Below are positions 1 to 15,408 of a stretch of 64,000 nucleotides of DNA, in pieces. The notes under the pieces were generated by a model, which was not told the DNA's origin, ran no database searches, and saw only the letters and a program-made list of their open reading frames with translations. The stretch lies in the NCBI RefSeq assembly GCF_009914755.1, contig NC_060937.1. One strand, given 5' to 3'. Position numbers and translations under genes: made by a program. Numbering within the stretch: position 1 is the first letter of the stretch; each line of letters opens with the position of its first letter. The stretch is from the human T2T-CHM13v2.0 reference genome, Homo sapiens.

Positions 1-76
1 ACATATCAAAGCATCACAGCGTACCCCATGAATGTATACATCATGATTTGTCAAATTAAAATATTAAAGAAAAAAA
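1..76 (+). mobile_element. Old L1M 3' end with A-rich tail
   Basis: catcacagcgtaccccatgaatgtatac...ttgtcaaattaaa plus an A-tail resembles L1MA/MB 3' termini. Confidence 0.6.
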
Positions 77-215
77 GAATCGCTGGGAGTCATTTAAAAA
101 GGCAAATACCTGAGCCCTCCTCCAGACCAACCAAATCAGACTGTTCAGGGTGGGGCCTGACACTGGTATGTTCCAAATCTCTAAAGCAATTCTAATGTGC
201 AGTGGAGAAACACTG
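77..215. mobile_element. MER5-family hAT-Charlie MITE fragment
   Basis: gaatcgctggg...aatcagactg...gggtggggcctg...attctaatgtgcag...gagaaacactg motif order. Confidence 0.6.
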
Positions 216-619
216 CATATGCCAGATTCCTTCTGCCCAGCTCCCCACCTTTTCCCAGTTAGTTTCTCTTATGAGAGTGCTCACCTGAAGGTAATGTGAT
301 TTATAAAGGTGACCCATGGCCACAGTCGTGAGTGGTCTGAGGAACAATCATAGCACACTGCTCTCTCCTCCCACTCCCTATGCCATTGTATTCATGCACC
401 AACCTAATAACTAAGAGATTGACCTTTCCCTGATGCAGCCCTAGTTTCCGTCTCAAGACGCTTCCCACTTTGCTCAGAGTCCAGTAAGAAACACAGACAA
501 GTAAGGTGAAAATTAAAATGCCATATGGTGAGTTGCTAAATGCTACCACAGGAATATGCACTAGGCACTTTGAAAGCACAGAGGAAATAAAGCAAACTCA
601 GCCTTGAGGCGTGTGGAGT

Positions 620-900
620 TTAACCAGGTGAAAGCCAAGTGAACAGGCAGGGTAATCAGGAAGAAAACACATGGACCTAGACTCAGGGCAGAGTGAGGCA
701 GAGAAGGGAAGTGGCTAAAGCTCAGATGGCTACTTCTGGGAATCGAGGCAGGACTGGGGTCAGAGAAGGTTAGGAGAGAGAAACTAGAGGTAAATCACCA
801 AAGGCTTTGTAACTTAGGCTGAGCAGTTTGGATTTACTCTCATAGCAAAAGGAAGCCATTAAAAGGTTTTAAGCTGGAGAGTGTCGTGATAAGATCTGTT
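620..900 (-). mobile_element. L2 fragment
   Basis: gtttggatttactct...ggaagccattaaaaggttttaagctggagag...ataagatctg is typical antisense L2. Confidence 0.55.
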
Positions 901-1315
901 TATATAATAGGATAAAAAGAAAAGGTCTGTGAACTCCAACAATACTTTTTGTCTGTATGTTTTGGCTCAGTTGTCATGTTGTATGACCTCTTGGACTCAC
1001 ATAATTTTAAAACTCTTAAGGGGTCTCAGAGATCATCAAATGCCATCTCCTTGTTTTGCAGATCAGGAAACCTACCAGTGTCATGGGCTACCAGGTTGAC
1101 TCCCAGTGCAAAGCTTTTTTCACTACCCACCTCCTGCCAACAAAATTCTATAAAAACAAGGAGGACTTTTCATCATTCTACTACACAATATATATTTAAC
1201 CCAGTAAAAATGTATTTCCCTTTCTGTTTTTAAAATAAAGAGTAACATCGGTATTATAGCAATTCTGGAAATTACAGGATCTATTTTTGGGTTTTGGTAT
1301 ATTTCCTTCCAGGAT

Positions 1316-1336
1316 TGTGTGTGTGTGTGTGTGTGT
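1316..1336. repeat. (TG)n microsatellite
   Basis: About 10 TG units read directly. Confidence 0.95.
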
Positions 1337-1365
1337 ACATGATATCACACATTTATGATATACGT

Positions 1366-1440
1366 AAGTTTTTCTTTTAAATATTAAAAGCAAAGGTTTT
1401 TTCTTTTAAATATTAAAAGCAAAGGTTTTTTCTTTTAAAT
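1366..1440. repeat. 29-bp tandem repeat, about 2.6 copies
   Basis: Unit aaggttttttcttttaaatattaaaagca repeated. Confidence 0.9.
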
Positions 1441-2204
1441 AAAAATGTGTATTTTTACAAATGACTATGTCATCTTTCAATTGCTCTTTTTCATTTTTAA
1501 GAGCTACACACTCTTACATTGCATATTGATTGGTACATATGTAATCATTTTCTATTTGGCAGGCATAAGATTGCTTGCAGTTGTTCACTATTTGTGCTTA
1601 TAAATCTGCATTTTGAATTACTTGTTTAGGTGAGAGTTCAGAAACTGCTATTACTGGCCACAAAGTCTCTGAGCATTCCCTTAGTGCTTGAATTGCATAG
1701 TGAAATTACTTTCCAAAAGGGTTTTACCTGCTTAGAATGCTACCTGTACTTGAGAATCCAGCTTTCCCACTACCACCTCCAGCCCTTATGTGTCTCTACA
1801 GCTGTATCAGCTTGTATGTAATATACATGCATAACCTTGACGCAGTGGCAGTGCACAGTGGCGACTGCAGGGAGGTCTTAGCCTCTCAATATCATTGACT
1901 CTCCAGGGCTGGGCCTGACATTGGTATTTTCCAAAGTCAACTAACTCTGCTATACTCTAAGTAAAGATACAATCCAAGTAAAAATGAGTGTTTGCTATAC
2001 AAACACAGCCTCAGCAACACCCTCACAGCCCCCCCTTCACACCCTCCCACACCCACACACAAACTCACATTCCAATCAGATAGGAAACCCCTCATATTTA
2101 TAAAATTTGGAAACATTTCTGCCTATGCATGCTGATTTTTTAGGTTAAAAAATGTACTTTGTGGTTGTTCGTTTTATATTTTGATGATTTTTATCAGATT
2201 CAGA

Positions 2205-2482
<278 letters not shown>

Positions 2483-2999
2483 GCCTTTTTGTATGCATAG
2501 GAAACAAACATTTTTGAAGGGTGGATGCTGAGCAAGCAGAAACAGGGCAGCAGGCACAGTTAGTTAGGTTTGGGACTTGTGTGCAACTCGGCCCAGGAAG
2601 CCCTCATTGCAGCCCAGGTGTTTCTCCCCTCTGGGGTGGGGACCAACACCGGCAGCCCTTACTCATTCTCCAACTGTTCCCCCTAAAAAAGCACTCATTT
2701 GAGAGGTTGCTGGAGGACACTAGACTCATTGTCTTGGCCCTGGAGTAAAACCTTGGTTTTAGAATCACTTGAGTGCAAATACCAATCTGTTAAACTTTAG
2801 AAATCGTATTCTTATTCACAGACAATTTACTGCCATAATACCACTCCTGGGCTGTCCATCATGAATGTAGAAAGAGGCAACACCCAGTTTTGCTACCGTT
2901 TGGCAGCTTTGACTTTGTCTCTCTCTCTCTCTTTTTAAATTGCTAGTTATACCAGCAATAGAATGATATTTGTCTCTTTCACTATCATTCATCTTTCCA

Positions 3000-3145
3000 T
3001 CAGTTTATGCCTGGTGTCTCCAACTATGTGTACACTCCTTAAGGGCTGGAGCTGGGTTTTAGTCATCTTTGTATCCCCAGGGCTTAACCTAGTGAATAGC
3101 ACTCAAAAAAAATCTTCTAAGTGCATTACAGAGATGAACATGTGA
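3000..3145 (+). mobile_element. L2 3' end
   Basis: ctccttaagggctgg...catctttgtatccccagggctta...gcactcaa. Confidence 0.6.
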
Positions 3146-3812
3146 TGTCTTAAAATCCCTTCCCAGGTCTGTGATTCTGTAAAGTCAAGGATTACCTTCT
3201 TCATGTTATCTTCAGACCTAGAGCTGTGTCTGGTTTCCACAGAAATGATATCCAAGGCTTAACTCAATGGCTCTCCCATGACTAAAAGAATATGCCAATG
3301 GCAAGAGGAATGATTTTCATGTTAAGGTTGGAGAAGTTCCCCTTTGGAAAAAACGAGTTACATTTTTTAATGGTAACGTGTTTTTTACTATTTTGCCAAC
3401 AACAATGTGAGTGGGGTAGTCTAAGAATGCACAGGCTACTAGAAAAAGAATCCTCGAATTTTGTATCTTGCTGATGCCCCTTAATGCCTTTCTTCCTGAC
3501 CTGACCTCACTTTACCAACGCTATGAGGTCATTGAATCATCCAGTGCTGGAGCTGGAAGGATGCTTCATGATGATATCATCTCCACCCTTTTTTGTCTTC
3601 TCACAAATGAGGAAACAGAAACTTCTTGAGAAGCAGCCACAATTTCTTTGTAATTTTCAAGTGTACATGAGAATGAGTTTCCTCTAAGTTGTTCCAAGAA
3701 ATAGAAAGACAAAACAAATTCTAGCAACATTATGTAATGTTGAATTATTATATAATTTTATGTTAAATCATGTCAAATAAATGTAGAATTTATCATCAAA
3801 TTGATATCATAA

Positions 3813-4209
<397 letters not shown>

Positions 4210-4226
4210 TAATAAAACTCTATCAA

Positions 4227-4350
4227 TTTTTTTTTCTTAAAGTTGAGGGTCTCACCATTTTGCTCAGGCTGAACTCTACCTCCTGGACTCTAGTGATCCT
4301 CCTCCCTCAGCCTCCAGAATCTTTTGAGCTAGTCCACCATACTCGACCCC
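4227..4350 (-). mobile_element. Degenerate Alu monomer (FLAM-like)
   Basis: gagggtctcaccattttgctcaggctg...ctcctggactctagtgatcctcctccctcagcctcc. Confidence 0.75.
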
Positions 4351-5180
4351 TGACTTTTAAAAAAATCCTATATAAGAATTATATTTTCCTCAGTGTAGGC
4401 AAGTGTACTCTTAACATTAATCTTGTGTCATGAACTGTAAATCCCATTTCTCTTGTACCCCAATAACCTCTAGCATAGTCATGCCATAAGGTTTTGACAC
4501 CAGTTTTTATTGATTACTTGATTGATTGTTTATTCCACACATTCAAATTGTGTTGTTTTATATTCACCAAAGAAGATAGTGGCATGGCTTATCAATAAAT
4601 GTATTATATTATATTAATATTTGATAGGACAAAATAAAGAATCCAAGAGAGGTTTCTTGCAAGCCTCACATTTGCTCTTGAAGCCTTCCACATTAACAGA
4701 GTGGTCACCACAGTTGGAGAATGGCTGCAGCCAGAGAGTGGCCTCTGTCATTGCTCATTCAGTTCCTGAGTCAGGCCTTATTGGGCAACGTGGTTGAATT
4801 TCATGACTGTGTTTCCTAAACTGAACAATCTAGTTAGCATGCACCTCCTCCAGCATGCTCACGAGAGACTTCACGGAAGAGCCAGGGGCCTAACTCTCTT
4901 ACGGGGGTAGCAACAACATAAAGAAATGATGACCCTGTTCTGCTTGGCATCTGGTCTAGCATGCCAGGAGCCTTCATATCAGATTACTGGCTCATCTTTT
5001 TTAGAGGATTCAGACATGATTAATTTAACTTGATTAATTAAATTAATTAATATTAATTTAGAGGATTCAGACATGATTTAGACATATTAGTTGAGTGTGG
5101 GCCCTGGATTCACATCCTTGGTCTGCCATTTACTAGCTATGGAAGCTTGAATAAGTTTCTCATGTATTTAAAAAAAGAGG

Positions 5181-5508
<328 letters not shown>

Positions 5509-6689
5509 TTAAAAGGAATAATTAAAAGTAGAAAAGTGGATACATTTAGAATCTTACATCAAAACATATAAATTTAAAACTTAGAACACTTTCTAGCACA
5601 TCATATGCTAGTATTAGAATTATCATAATGAAATGGGATACTGCTCTTCATATGTAATGGAAACACTACTGAACTAACTTCTCTTAGAGCATGTGTTTTC
5701 AGTTATTTGTCCACGCTCAGCACAGATCTATCTACATTGGCCACCTTTTCATATAGAGACCAATGGAGTCACATTTATGAAAAGGTTGGCCTCATGACTA
5801 ACAGAGTAAAGCAAATTGGGCCTGGGAATTTGAACCCCAAACTGTAACTTTAGGGCCACTTACTTCACAAAGAAAAGGGATCAAGTAAAAAATTTCACAC
5901 ATTTGTATCCATTCCCTTACCCGTTGCTGTCCACACTTACTCTGACCTCATCACCCTCCTGCTTCAGGGAAGCCCTATCCCCCTCCCTTCTAAAACCCTC
6001 TACCTGCCCCATAGCCACTCCCTCTGTCTCCAGAATCTTATTCTGACAAACAATCCTTCCATCTCTTACATCTTCTGTCTCCTGCTCCCAGGGTTCTCCT
6101 ACCTATGGGGGCCATATAATATATTGTCCAAATCAGGAAATATTCACGGGGAAATGGTACTATTAATCATTCCTAGCAACAACAGGTAAGTTGGGGCTAC
6201 CCCAGGCAAACCAAGCTTCTTCTCTTCAGAGTGGAAATAGGCTCAAGCCTCTCCCATCTTGAAAAACAGGGCCTTCTCATTTCTCAGTGCTCTTGCTCTA
6301 ACTCCTACCCTCTCTTGTTCTTTCCCTTAACACCACACTTCTTCAAAGTATGTGGGAGCGCCTCCTCGGTACTCCATGTAACCCTCAGGCAGGGCTGCTG
6401 CAAAGGGCTATGCAGACTGTACACAACATAACTCCAGGAGTGGCTCATACTGTGATTGATGTCAATGGCATCCCTGGAGTTATACGGTGCACATATATCA
6501 AGACCACATATGGTGGCTCTATCCACTTCCATGTGGCATTCTTCTTTTTCGCCTTCCCTCACACCTCACTCAGACCCTCAAGCTAGGATTTATAACAGTC
6601 AAATACCACAGATACATTTCAGGCCTTGTCATTGTTGACCAACACTCGGATTCCTTGACAGAAGAGACCACTCCCTCGCCCTTGGATGA

Positions 6690-6915
6690 GCTCTGGACTC
6701 AAACCGCATGGGACAGGATTCCAGTCTACCACTCACTAGCATTGTGGGCGTTGCTGACTTCATTTGGGTAAAATGTGAGTATCTCAACTGTAGAAATGGT
6801 TAAGAATGGTAGCTACTTCATAGGGTTGTTAGGAGAGCCAGAGGAAATAGTTTGTAAAGCACTTAGCACAGTCCCTGATAGATAGAAGGCATTCTGGAAA
6901 TGCTCACTGATATTA
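6690..6915 (+). mobile_element. MIR
   Basis: ctgtagaaatgg...tacttcatagggttgttagg...gtaaagcacttagcacagtccctg. Confidence 0.7.
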
Positions 6916-7862
6916 TCTTTTCAAAAATGGAACATAGTTTTCTACAATAACACCCTTTCCAGGTTTTGTGACTCTCTCTTTGCTCTCTTTCCATCTCCTT
7001 CACGAATTTCCATACTACATCAGACCCTCAAATGTTGACGTTCCCTACAGTGTTCATTCTGGTCTCTTTCCCCTTCCCTCTTCCCTCCGCTTCCCTCTAT
7101 CTCCCTCCTTCCCTTCCCTCTTCTCACTCTGAGCAGCCTCCACAGCAGTGGCCTCCACTGCCTCCCTGAAGCTGAAGACGTCCACTTTTGCATCTCAGGC
7201 ATCAACTGCTCCAGACTCAAAAATCCCAACTTCCCATGAGACCCCTCCACTAGGATGTCCTGCTGGAGCTCCCAAGTCAGCACATTGCAAATGAAAGCAC
7301 CACATGTCTACTTACTAAGCCTCCTCCCTTCCTGTGTGGTACCAGCTTCTTCCCGTCGTCCATCCTGGAGTTTTTCCCGTCACACATCCCCAACATCCAA
7401 GTCGTACACATTCTACCTTCTTAATATTTCTTGAGTTGATCACCCACATTTCCATACCCATTTGGAAAATCTTACTTCGTTCATTCGTTCACAAGTTCTT
7501 TCTGGGACCAATTGCCATCCATGGTGCCTCCCTACATCCAGGTTCACACCCTCTAATAAAGTCTGAATATTAGAGCCTCCCAAACACCAATCCAGGATCA
7601 AATTTTTATTAATCTGGGGCAAAATGATGAAGAATGCAGTGAGTTTTTCAAAAAGTAATTTCTTTTTTCAATTTAAATAAACATTCACCCTTTGTTTGGA
7701 GAGAACGTTCTTCCTGCCTCTTTGGTGATAAAATACTTTATTCTGAAATGGTGATAATAGGTCATTTTTATTATACATATATATTTTAAGTTGGCTTTCT
7801 ACCTTAGTCACTAATGTTTTTTAGAAATGTTTTACAAATAGTTTACTAAAAATGTACAGTTT

Positions 7863-8160
7863 GGCTGGGCACAGTGGCTCACACCAGTAATCCCAACACT
7901 TTGGAAGACCAACGCAGGAGGACCACTTGGACCCAGGAATTCAAGACCAGCCTGGGCAGCATATGGAGACCCCATCTTTTCAAAAAAAATTTAACAATTA
8001 GCTGGGTATGGTGGTGCACACCTGTAGTTCTAGCCACTGGGGAGGCTAAAGGAGGAGGATTGCTTGAGCCCAGGAGGTCAAGACTGTAGTGAGCTGAAAT
8101 CGCACCACTGTGCTCCAGCTTGGGTGACAGAGCAAGACTCTGTCTCAAAAAAAAAAAAGA
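7863..8160 (+). mobile_element. Full-length AluJ
   Basis: ggctgggcacagtggctcac...ggattgcttgagcccaggaggtcaag...poly-A. Confidence 0.95.
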
Positions 8161-8329
8161 AATGGGTTATTATGCATCAGCTATAATCAATAAAGTTTTT
8201 AAAAAGATTTCCCATCATGAAATCTGTACACCTGTCAATGCCTGCTGTGTACCTATGTCAGAAGGTGTTTTCTAAAATAGAAAGTTTTCATGATATCCCC
8301 AATAATAACCTTCCAAACTAAAAGTACTT

Positions 8330-8545
8330 GAACATTTTTATGTGCCCATCGCAGGGCCAAATAACTTTGTATACATTACTCTTCACAACAAATGTGTGAG
8401 GTGGGGTTTTATCATTATCCCCATTTTACAGATGAAGAAACTGAGGTTTAGATAGTAGGGCACATGGCTTATAAGTAGTGGAACTGGGACTTGGACCCAG
8501 GTTTGACTGACTCAAAAGCCCTGATTGGTCTTTACCACTGTTTTA
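8330..8545 (-). mobile_element. MIR
   Basis: MIR core attatccccattttacagatgaagaaactgagg. Confidence 0.8.
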
Positions 8546-8770
8546 TTGACTCTTTACTTAAAAATCTTTTAATCACATTCCAAATACCTTAGTTCATCTC
8601 CCTCAGTATTTGGTCTCTCTCTCTATATTTCCTTCTTTTTCTTTCCCTCCACTCAATTTTTTACCTCTCTTCACCCTTCAGTGCCTGCTTCAGTTACAGC
8701 AAACATTTTGCAAATCTAAGAATGTGATACCTTCTTTCAAGGGAACCATGCCTTTGTATGAGCTGTTTCC

Positions 8771-9276
<506 letters not shown>

Positions 9277-9499
9277 GCACGAACTGTTTCCTCTGCCTGG
9301 CATATATTTCCCCTGCTCCACCACCTGGCTAACTCCTGCTCATTCTCTGAAACTCAGTGCCCTCCAGGAAGGAGTCCACAACCTTCCCCACACCTCAACC
9401 AATCTCAGTTTCAGCCTCTGAAAGACCAAGGGGAAGACATTGGAGTCCAGTGTGGCCTGCAGCAGCCCTTGACTAATAGCACTTTGGCAAGTGTGTCCT

Positions 9500-9830
9500 G
9501 CTTTGGCATCCATTCACATACCTGTGTCAGGCACCAGGCGAGAGCACGGAGCTGGACAGGTGAGGCCCTGCTCTCATGCAGCCTCTGTTTTCGTAAGGAG
9601 ACAGCTAATAAACCCAACAAGTAAACACACGAATATACAAGATAATTTTAGGTAGTCATAGATCTATAAATAAAGTAAAATTGGGTAATGAAATGAAGAG
9701 TGACAAGGAAGGTAGTCAACTCAAGGATAGATGGTCAGAGAAGGCCTTGGAAAAGACGGCACTTTAGCAGAGACCCGAATGAAAAGAAGCAGCTCACCAA
9801 GTGAAGTGCTAGGGGCAGAAGTTTCCAGGT
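9500..9830 (-). mobile_element. L2 fragment
   Basis: cattcac...tgtgtcaggcacc...ccctgctctcatg...gatggtcagagaaggcc...gcagagacccgaatga. Confidence 0.6.
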
Positions 9831-12581
9831 ATTCTTCACTTAAAGGAAGTGTCATGCATAAACATCTAAGGTTCTAACCTTACCTGCACATCATCAGGGT
9901 TCAGCTCGTAGTAGTTGCTCAATAAATGCTATGAATTGGATTGTTCAGCTGAAGAAACTAGGAAGGCTCTGGACCTGTGCTTTTTATCTCTTAGGACTCT
10001 CCTAACATCCGCCTGTTGGGGAAATACCACTACTTTACAAGATTCCTTGGATTGTCTTGGGTAAGCAAAGAAAATAGAGTCAGGCAGGAATTGCTATGTT
10101 CTGAATTACAAACACAGCCTGCCTCCAGCTCCTGGGTATGCCCAGTTCTGACATTTTCAAAGTTATCTGGAGATTTGGAGAGGAATTTATCATCTTGTCT
10201 TTGTGGGTAGGTTTTTCATGAAATGTTCGTCTGTATATCTCCTGCTGTTATTTTCTCTATTGTCACAATTCCATCCTTGATCTTATATCCAAGTGACCTT
10301 ACAGTGGAACTAGAAGTACTTCAGTGAGACCAGGATTTCATGGAAAAGACAGTGACACTGCAGTTTTATTAATTTTTTTGAGAATTCACATTTATTGAAT
10401 TACTGATGTGCTACAACATGGAATTTCTGAATTCCAAATAAATAAATTTCACTTTTTAAACATTTGTTCTGTTACTTTTTAACACCAACAAACTTGATAG
10501 CAGCCAGCTGCTGACCTGACAATGGGTTGACAACCTTCCCCCACTGGCTCTTCAGTCTGCTTAATCAGAAGTCCTTTGCTGCTTCTCATCCTCCCAGGGG
10601 ATGGCCTACTGCCCTCCTTTCTGTACAATCTGGGCAAGCCGACTGGGATGGTAAGAGTGGTGTCAATGAAGCGGTCCACAGAGCTAGAGAGGCAATTTTC
10701 AGTGTGAGAGTCTAGGCATTTCCCTGGCTTCTCCACACATCCATCCCAGAACAGCTCCAGGAAGCGACACACCTGTGCTGCAACCCTGCTTCAACCACCT
10801 CGCCCAGCACTGTCATTGTCCACGTGAGTCTCAGGACCTCTCATTTTTCTTAAAGCCCCAGGAGCACATTTCACAATTTTATTTCACTGAATGCGTGTCC
10901 TGATATATTTAAACAGAATTGAAATAATAAACCCCCTGATTTAGTTTGAAAATTAAAACATGCATAGGTCCTAAACCAGCTTCAGTTGAGAAAAAAGTTA
11001 CTTTCTACTCATAGAAAATCCAACATGAGAGATTTCCCTAAAATACTTTATTTTGCAACTACTTCAAAACATTGCAGCAATTTGAACAAAGATGTACTGG
11101 GTGATGCTCATGTTGTGCACAATGCTAGTCTGAAGATTTGAATTGTTAACTCCAGCAATTTCCATGACCAATTGGAATCTCTATTATTGATAATCAAAGT
11201 TGTCGTTTCCCTGAATCCTAGGGAGCTCAGGGCACTTGAATCCAAAAACGTCTGGGTGCTATGTAGAATACAATCAAACATTAACGGAAGGGAAGTGGGA
11301 GAGAGAGAAGCAGTATACTCATAGACAAAGTTTGCAAAAGGGTGAGCTAATAGAAAAGCAGCAGCAACAAGCACAGAGGCCATGCCTTGGGCAAGAGGCA
11401 GGAGAGGGTGTCCATACGGTGTTCTGCTTCTCTTTAGGGGAGCCCAGGGCAGGTGTTGTTGAACTTTCCCACCCTCATAGCTCTCAACTCTTGCATTTGT
11501 TTATTATGCCTGATCTGTTTAGTTACCTTGTCCAAAGGGAATTGCACCAATTACAAGGGCATGGAAATGAATGGATTGGTGGAGCTCTTTTCCTTGCAAT
11601 TTTTCATACTGCATGGGGTTTTCATCAGGCAGCAGAAGGGGAAAGAACATGGAATAGTCCCCACGAACCTCCCTGGGCTCTACCACACATCTGCTGTGTT
11701 GAGGATGTAGAAGGTGAGGACGAGCCAAAAACAAACAAAAACAAAAACAAAAGGAGAATAGAAAGAAAAAGGAGCAGAAGCAGAAGGAAAATTGGATGGC
11801 ACTGACAGTCCCCAGGTGACTTCCATGTGTCAGGCACAAGTAAAAAGGACTTGTGAAGCACCAGATTTATTTATTAAAGTATAAATACTTCAGTTCACCT
11901 AATCGCTACAACAACCCGTTGAAATGCCCATTTTTACAGGTGAATAAAAGAGACTCAGAAGCTAAATAACTTTCTTGTGGTCACTGGGATTCATACTCAT
12001 GCCTGTTTAACTCTAAGGATTAAAGAGAAGGGGAGGGGATGATCAGAAAAGGTACCATGTGGCAATTTGCACTAACTCACTAACACAGAGTTAAGACGTC
12101 AGAAGAACAGGAGCTTCACTCTCCTTAGCTCATGCATATTCACTTTTCTTCCATAAACATAAAAAAAAGGTAAGCAGCTTCAGGGACCCAGAAGTAAATT
12201 ATTGGTTTAATAAAATGCTGGCCTTTGGGTTTACTTTCTTTTAAAGACACAGTTTATCCGTCAAATTCCACTCTCGGTTTGTCTTATTCCAGGAAGGGTG
12301 TTCCTCCCTTCTGCACAAATGTGATTACAGGCAACTCTGCATTGGAAAGTAGTAAAAAAAAAAATGTGAAATCAAATTTTACCATTTATTTAAAAACTAA
12401 CCACACCGCTAACATTTATTAGTGTATAACAATGGCAAGTTTAAACACACCTCCTGACACTGTAAAATGCTTGGAGGCCTGGACAGATCTACTGACTTTT
12501 TATCCTTTTTTTTCTTGCCAGCTCTGTCCTGTTTGGATGCAAGCAAGTGGCCCAAAGCCCTTTCTGTTTTTAAGAGTTTAG

Positions 12582-12882
12582 GGCCGGGCACAGTGGCTCA
12601 TGTCTGTAATCCTAGCCCTTTGGGAGGCCAAGGCAGGCAGATGGCTTGAGTCCAGGAGTCCGAGACTAGCCTCGGATACGTGGCGAAACCCTGTCTCTAC
12701 AAAAAACACAAACATTAGCCAGGCGTGGTGGCATGCACCTGCAGGCCCATCTACTTGGGAGGCGGAGGCAAGAGGATCGCTTAAGCCCAGGAGGCAGAGG
12801 TTTCAGTGAGCCAAGATTGCACCACTGCACTCCAGCCTGGGTGGTAGAGTAAAACCCCGTCTCAAAACAACAACAATGAAAA
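12582..12882 (+). mobile_element. Full-length Alu (J/early S)
   Basis: ggccgggcacagtggctc...gtctcaaaacaacaacaa. Confidence 0.95.
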
Positions 12883-13928
12883 CAGTGTTCTAAAAATTAA
12901 AGATGTGCCGGTCAGATTTTAAATTCAAATTTTCTTCCAGGTGCCTATTGAGGAAAATGAAGGATGATTTTGTTGGAAGCCTGAGTTGATTTCACCCTCT
13001 ACCTGGTGATTCTTCTGGACTTACATTGCATGGTAATTAAATTAACATAGTTTACTCTAAATCAGGTTATTCCTTTGGAATATGCCAAATAATGGTCATG
13101 AAGATATCTGGGAAACGTTTTGTTGTTATTGTTGGTGGTGTTCATCTTTTCACAAATTTAAACTCCAATTATATTTGAGTATGTGGATGCTCTTCACACA
13201 AGCCTGTGCTAGTTTGTTCCAGGTCTTGTGGTAGTAGAATGTGTGAAGGCTCAAGTTTACAAACAAATTGTATTAGTGATGATTCTTATGAGGTCCAGGA
13301 TGAAATTAAAATTCTTAATTACAAATCATCGGCACCTCCATTGTCAGGGGCGTGCTGGGATTCTCTGAACAGCTGCGTAATGATCCTCTGTGCTTCAGTG
13401 GCGTTGGCATGCCTTTGAGCTTGTTCCCTATTCACCTTTTATTTATAGCACCACGAGCGTGTTTATTTTCATTCTTATAAAAACTTGATTTGCTGACTGC
13501 AAGATATGACAAAGCTTTCATATCAAGGACAGAGACCTGTGATTTTTGGAACAGATTGTCTTTTATGGGATGATTCACCATGGACTCTTTAGTTAAAGCG
13601 ATGGGCTCCTTTGTTTTTAGCTCTTTTTTTTTTTCTTTTTAGTTTTTTAAAAATTTGTTTATTGGTTGGCGTTAGCCTTTGTTTTTAGCTCAACTAACCC
13701 GACTAGCTGTGGATCTTGAATTCGCTTTACCTGCATAGACAACTGAGGGAAAGCATGTTTCTGGATGTAGGGTGACGTTTTTAGTTTTTGATTAGCTGAC
13801 ATATTCTGGTGGCCCAAAGAATCACAGGATTGTAGAGTGGCAAAGCCCTTGAAAGTTAACCCACTCAGTTTCCAGCTTGGGGTTCTTGATGCCAGGGATC
13901 TGAAAAGATGGTGATGGGAAAGAGAGCA

Positions 13929-14163
13929 GGCCAGTCCGGGCAACAGAGTGAGACCCCATCTCCACCAAAAATTTAAAAATTTGCTAGGTGTTGTGGAGCA
14001 TGCCTATAGTCCCAGCTACTCAGGAGGCTGAGGTGGTTGGGAGGATTGCTTGAGCCTGGGAGGTTGAGGCTGCAGTGAGCCGTGACCATGCCACTGCACT
14101 CCAGCTTGAGCAACAAAGCAAAACCCTGACTCAAACGAACAAACAAACAAACAAAACAAAACA
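13929..14163 (+). mobile_element. 5'-truncated AluJ with (AAAC)n tail
   Basis: Starts late in the left arm; full right arm with gaggctgcagtgagcc. Confidence 0.92.
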
Positions 14164-15039
14164 GGAAAGAAAAGAGAGTACGGAGGAATCGAATACTTTT
14201 AAAAAGGTAAAAGAAATTGTTTATTTATGACTGATAAGGCTGCCCAGGAGACTCAAATATCAGATGTTTTAGATTTGGGCTAGAATATGACGGCATTGAT
14301 TATCTCACGGGAAAATCTGTTAGTAAAAACTGCATAAATGCAGTTCAGGACATAGAAGTCTTTTGGAAAATTGGGTACATTGCAGAAAGGTAATAAAAAT
14401 TTCCTGTTAACTGTGCTAGTACAAACCCTTAGCACTGTCTTTGGAAAGCTACAGTGTTGGACATCCGGGCCACAGCAGGAAACAGAAGACACAAATCCCC
14501 TGCTCTTATGAAGCTGGCATTCTGATATGGAAAGACAAAAAAATAAACAGGTAAGAAAACAAGCAAATAAATAACTGAAATTGATAAGGCCACCTGAGAT
14601 TGTGCTAAGTGGTATGAATAAAATGGCCCAGGAAGACAGAGTGAGGGGACAGGTTAACTCAGATTGGGTGATTAGAAAGGTTTCTCTGAAGAGAGATGCT
14701 TGTGATGAGTCCTGAAGGGAAGAAGAAAAGCCACATAGGAGTAGGAGGAGAATTGAGGTCCAGAACCTAGATTTTGGTAAGGTTTCCTAGGAGATGTCAC
14801 CCCAGAGGCCTGCTGGGGAGCCAGTCAGCTGTGTTCCTCCCCAGGCCAGACACCTGTCCCCACCTTTCTATGCAAGCTTTCAGATCTCAATGTGGCTGCA
14901 AAACACTGTGGTCACCTTGCTTAGCAAAATGTTATGATTTTGCAAAGTAATGATATATGGTAATTGTATTTGAAAACCTAGCATTAAAAAAAGAAAAAAA
15001 TACTATAACAAAAATCAAACTAAAACCACAGAGAATTTT

Positions 15040-15408
15040 TCCAGCAAAGGGACTCTCAAATGCTAAGACCCCAAGATGGGAACAGGCTTGGTAGGTTCAA
15101 GAAACAGGAGAAGACTGGTGTAGTTTTAGCTTGCTGTGTGTGGGAGAAAATGGCATGGTATGACATTAGAGAGGTCAAAGTTAAGCAGTTCATGCAGGTC
15201 CCTGTAGACCTGGCAAAGAGTTTGTGTTGCTGCAATGCATGGGGAGAATGTGTGGGGTTGAAGCAGGGCAGTATCAACATCTGATTTACATTTTATATCA
15301 ATCACTCTGGCTGCTATATGGTGAATGGATTATAGAAGGATGTGAGGAGAGGCAGGGAGATCATCTGGAGACTTTTACCATCATTTAGGTGAGAAATGGT
15401 GATGACTT
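15040..15408 (-). mobile_element. L2 fragment hosting the L1/Hsmar1 nest
   Basis: atctgatttacatttt...atcactctggctgctatatggtgaatggatt; L2-like sequence resumes after ~16886. Confidence 0.7.

Noticed and set aside
11236-11805. Longest ORF in the track (189 aa)
   Set aside because: Non-ATG start, low-complexity Q and K/R stretches from simple repeats, no recognisable domain
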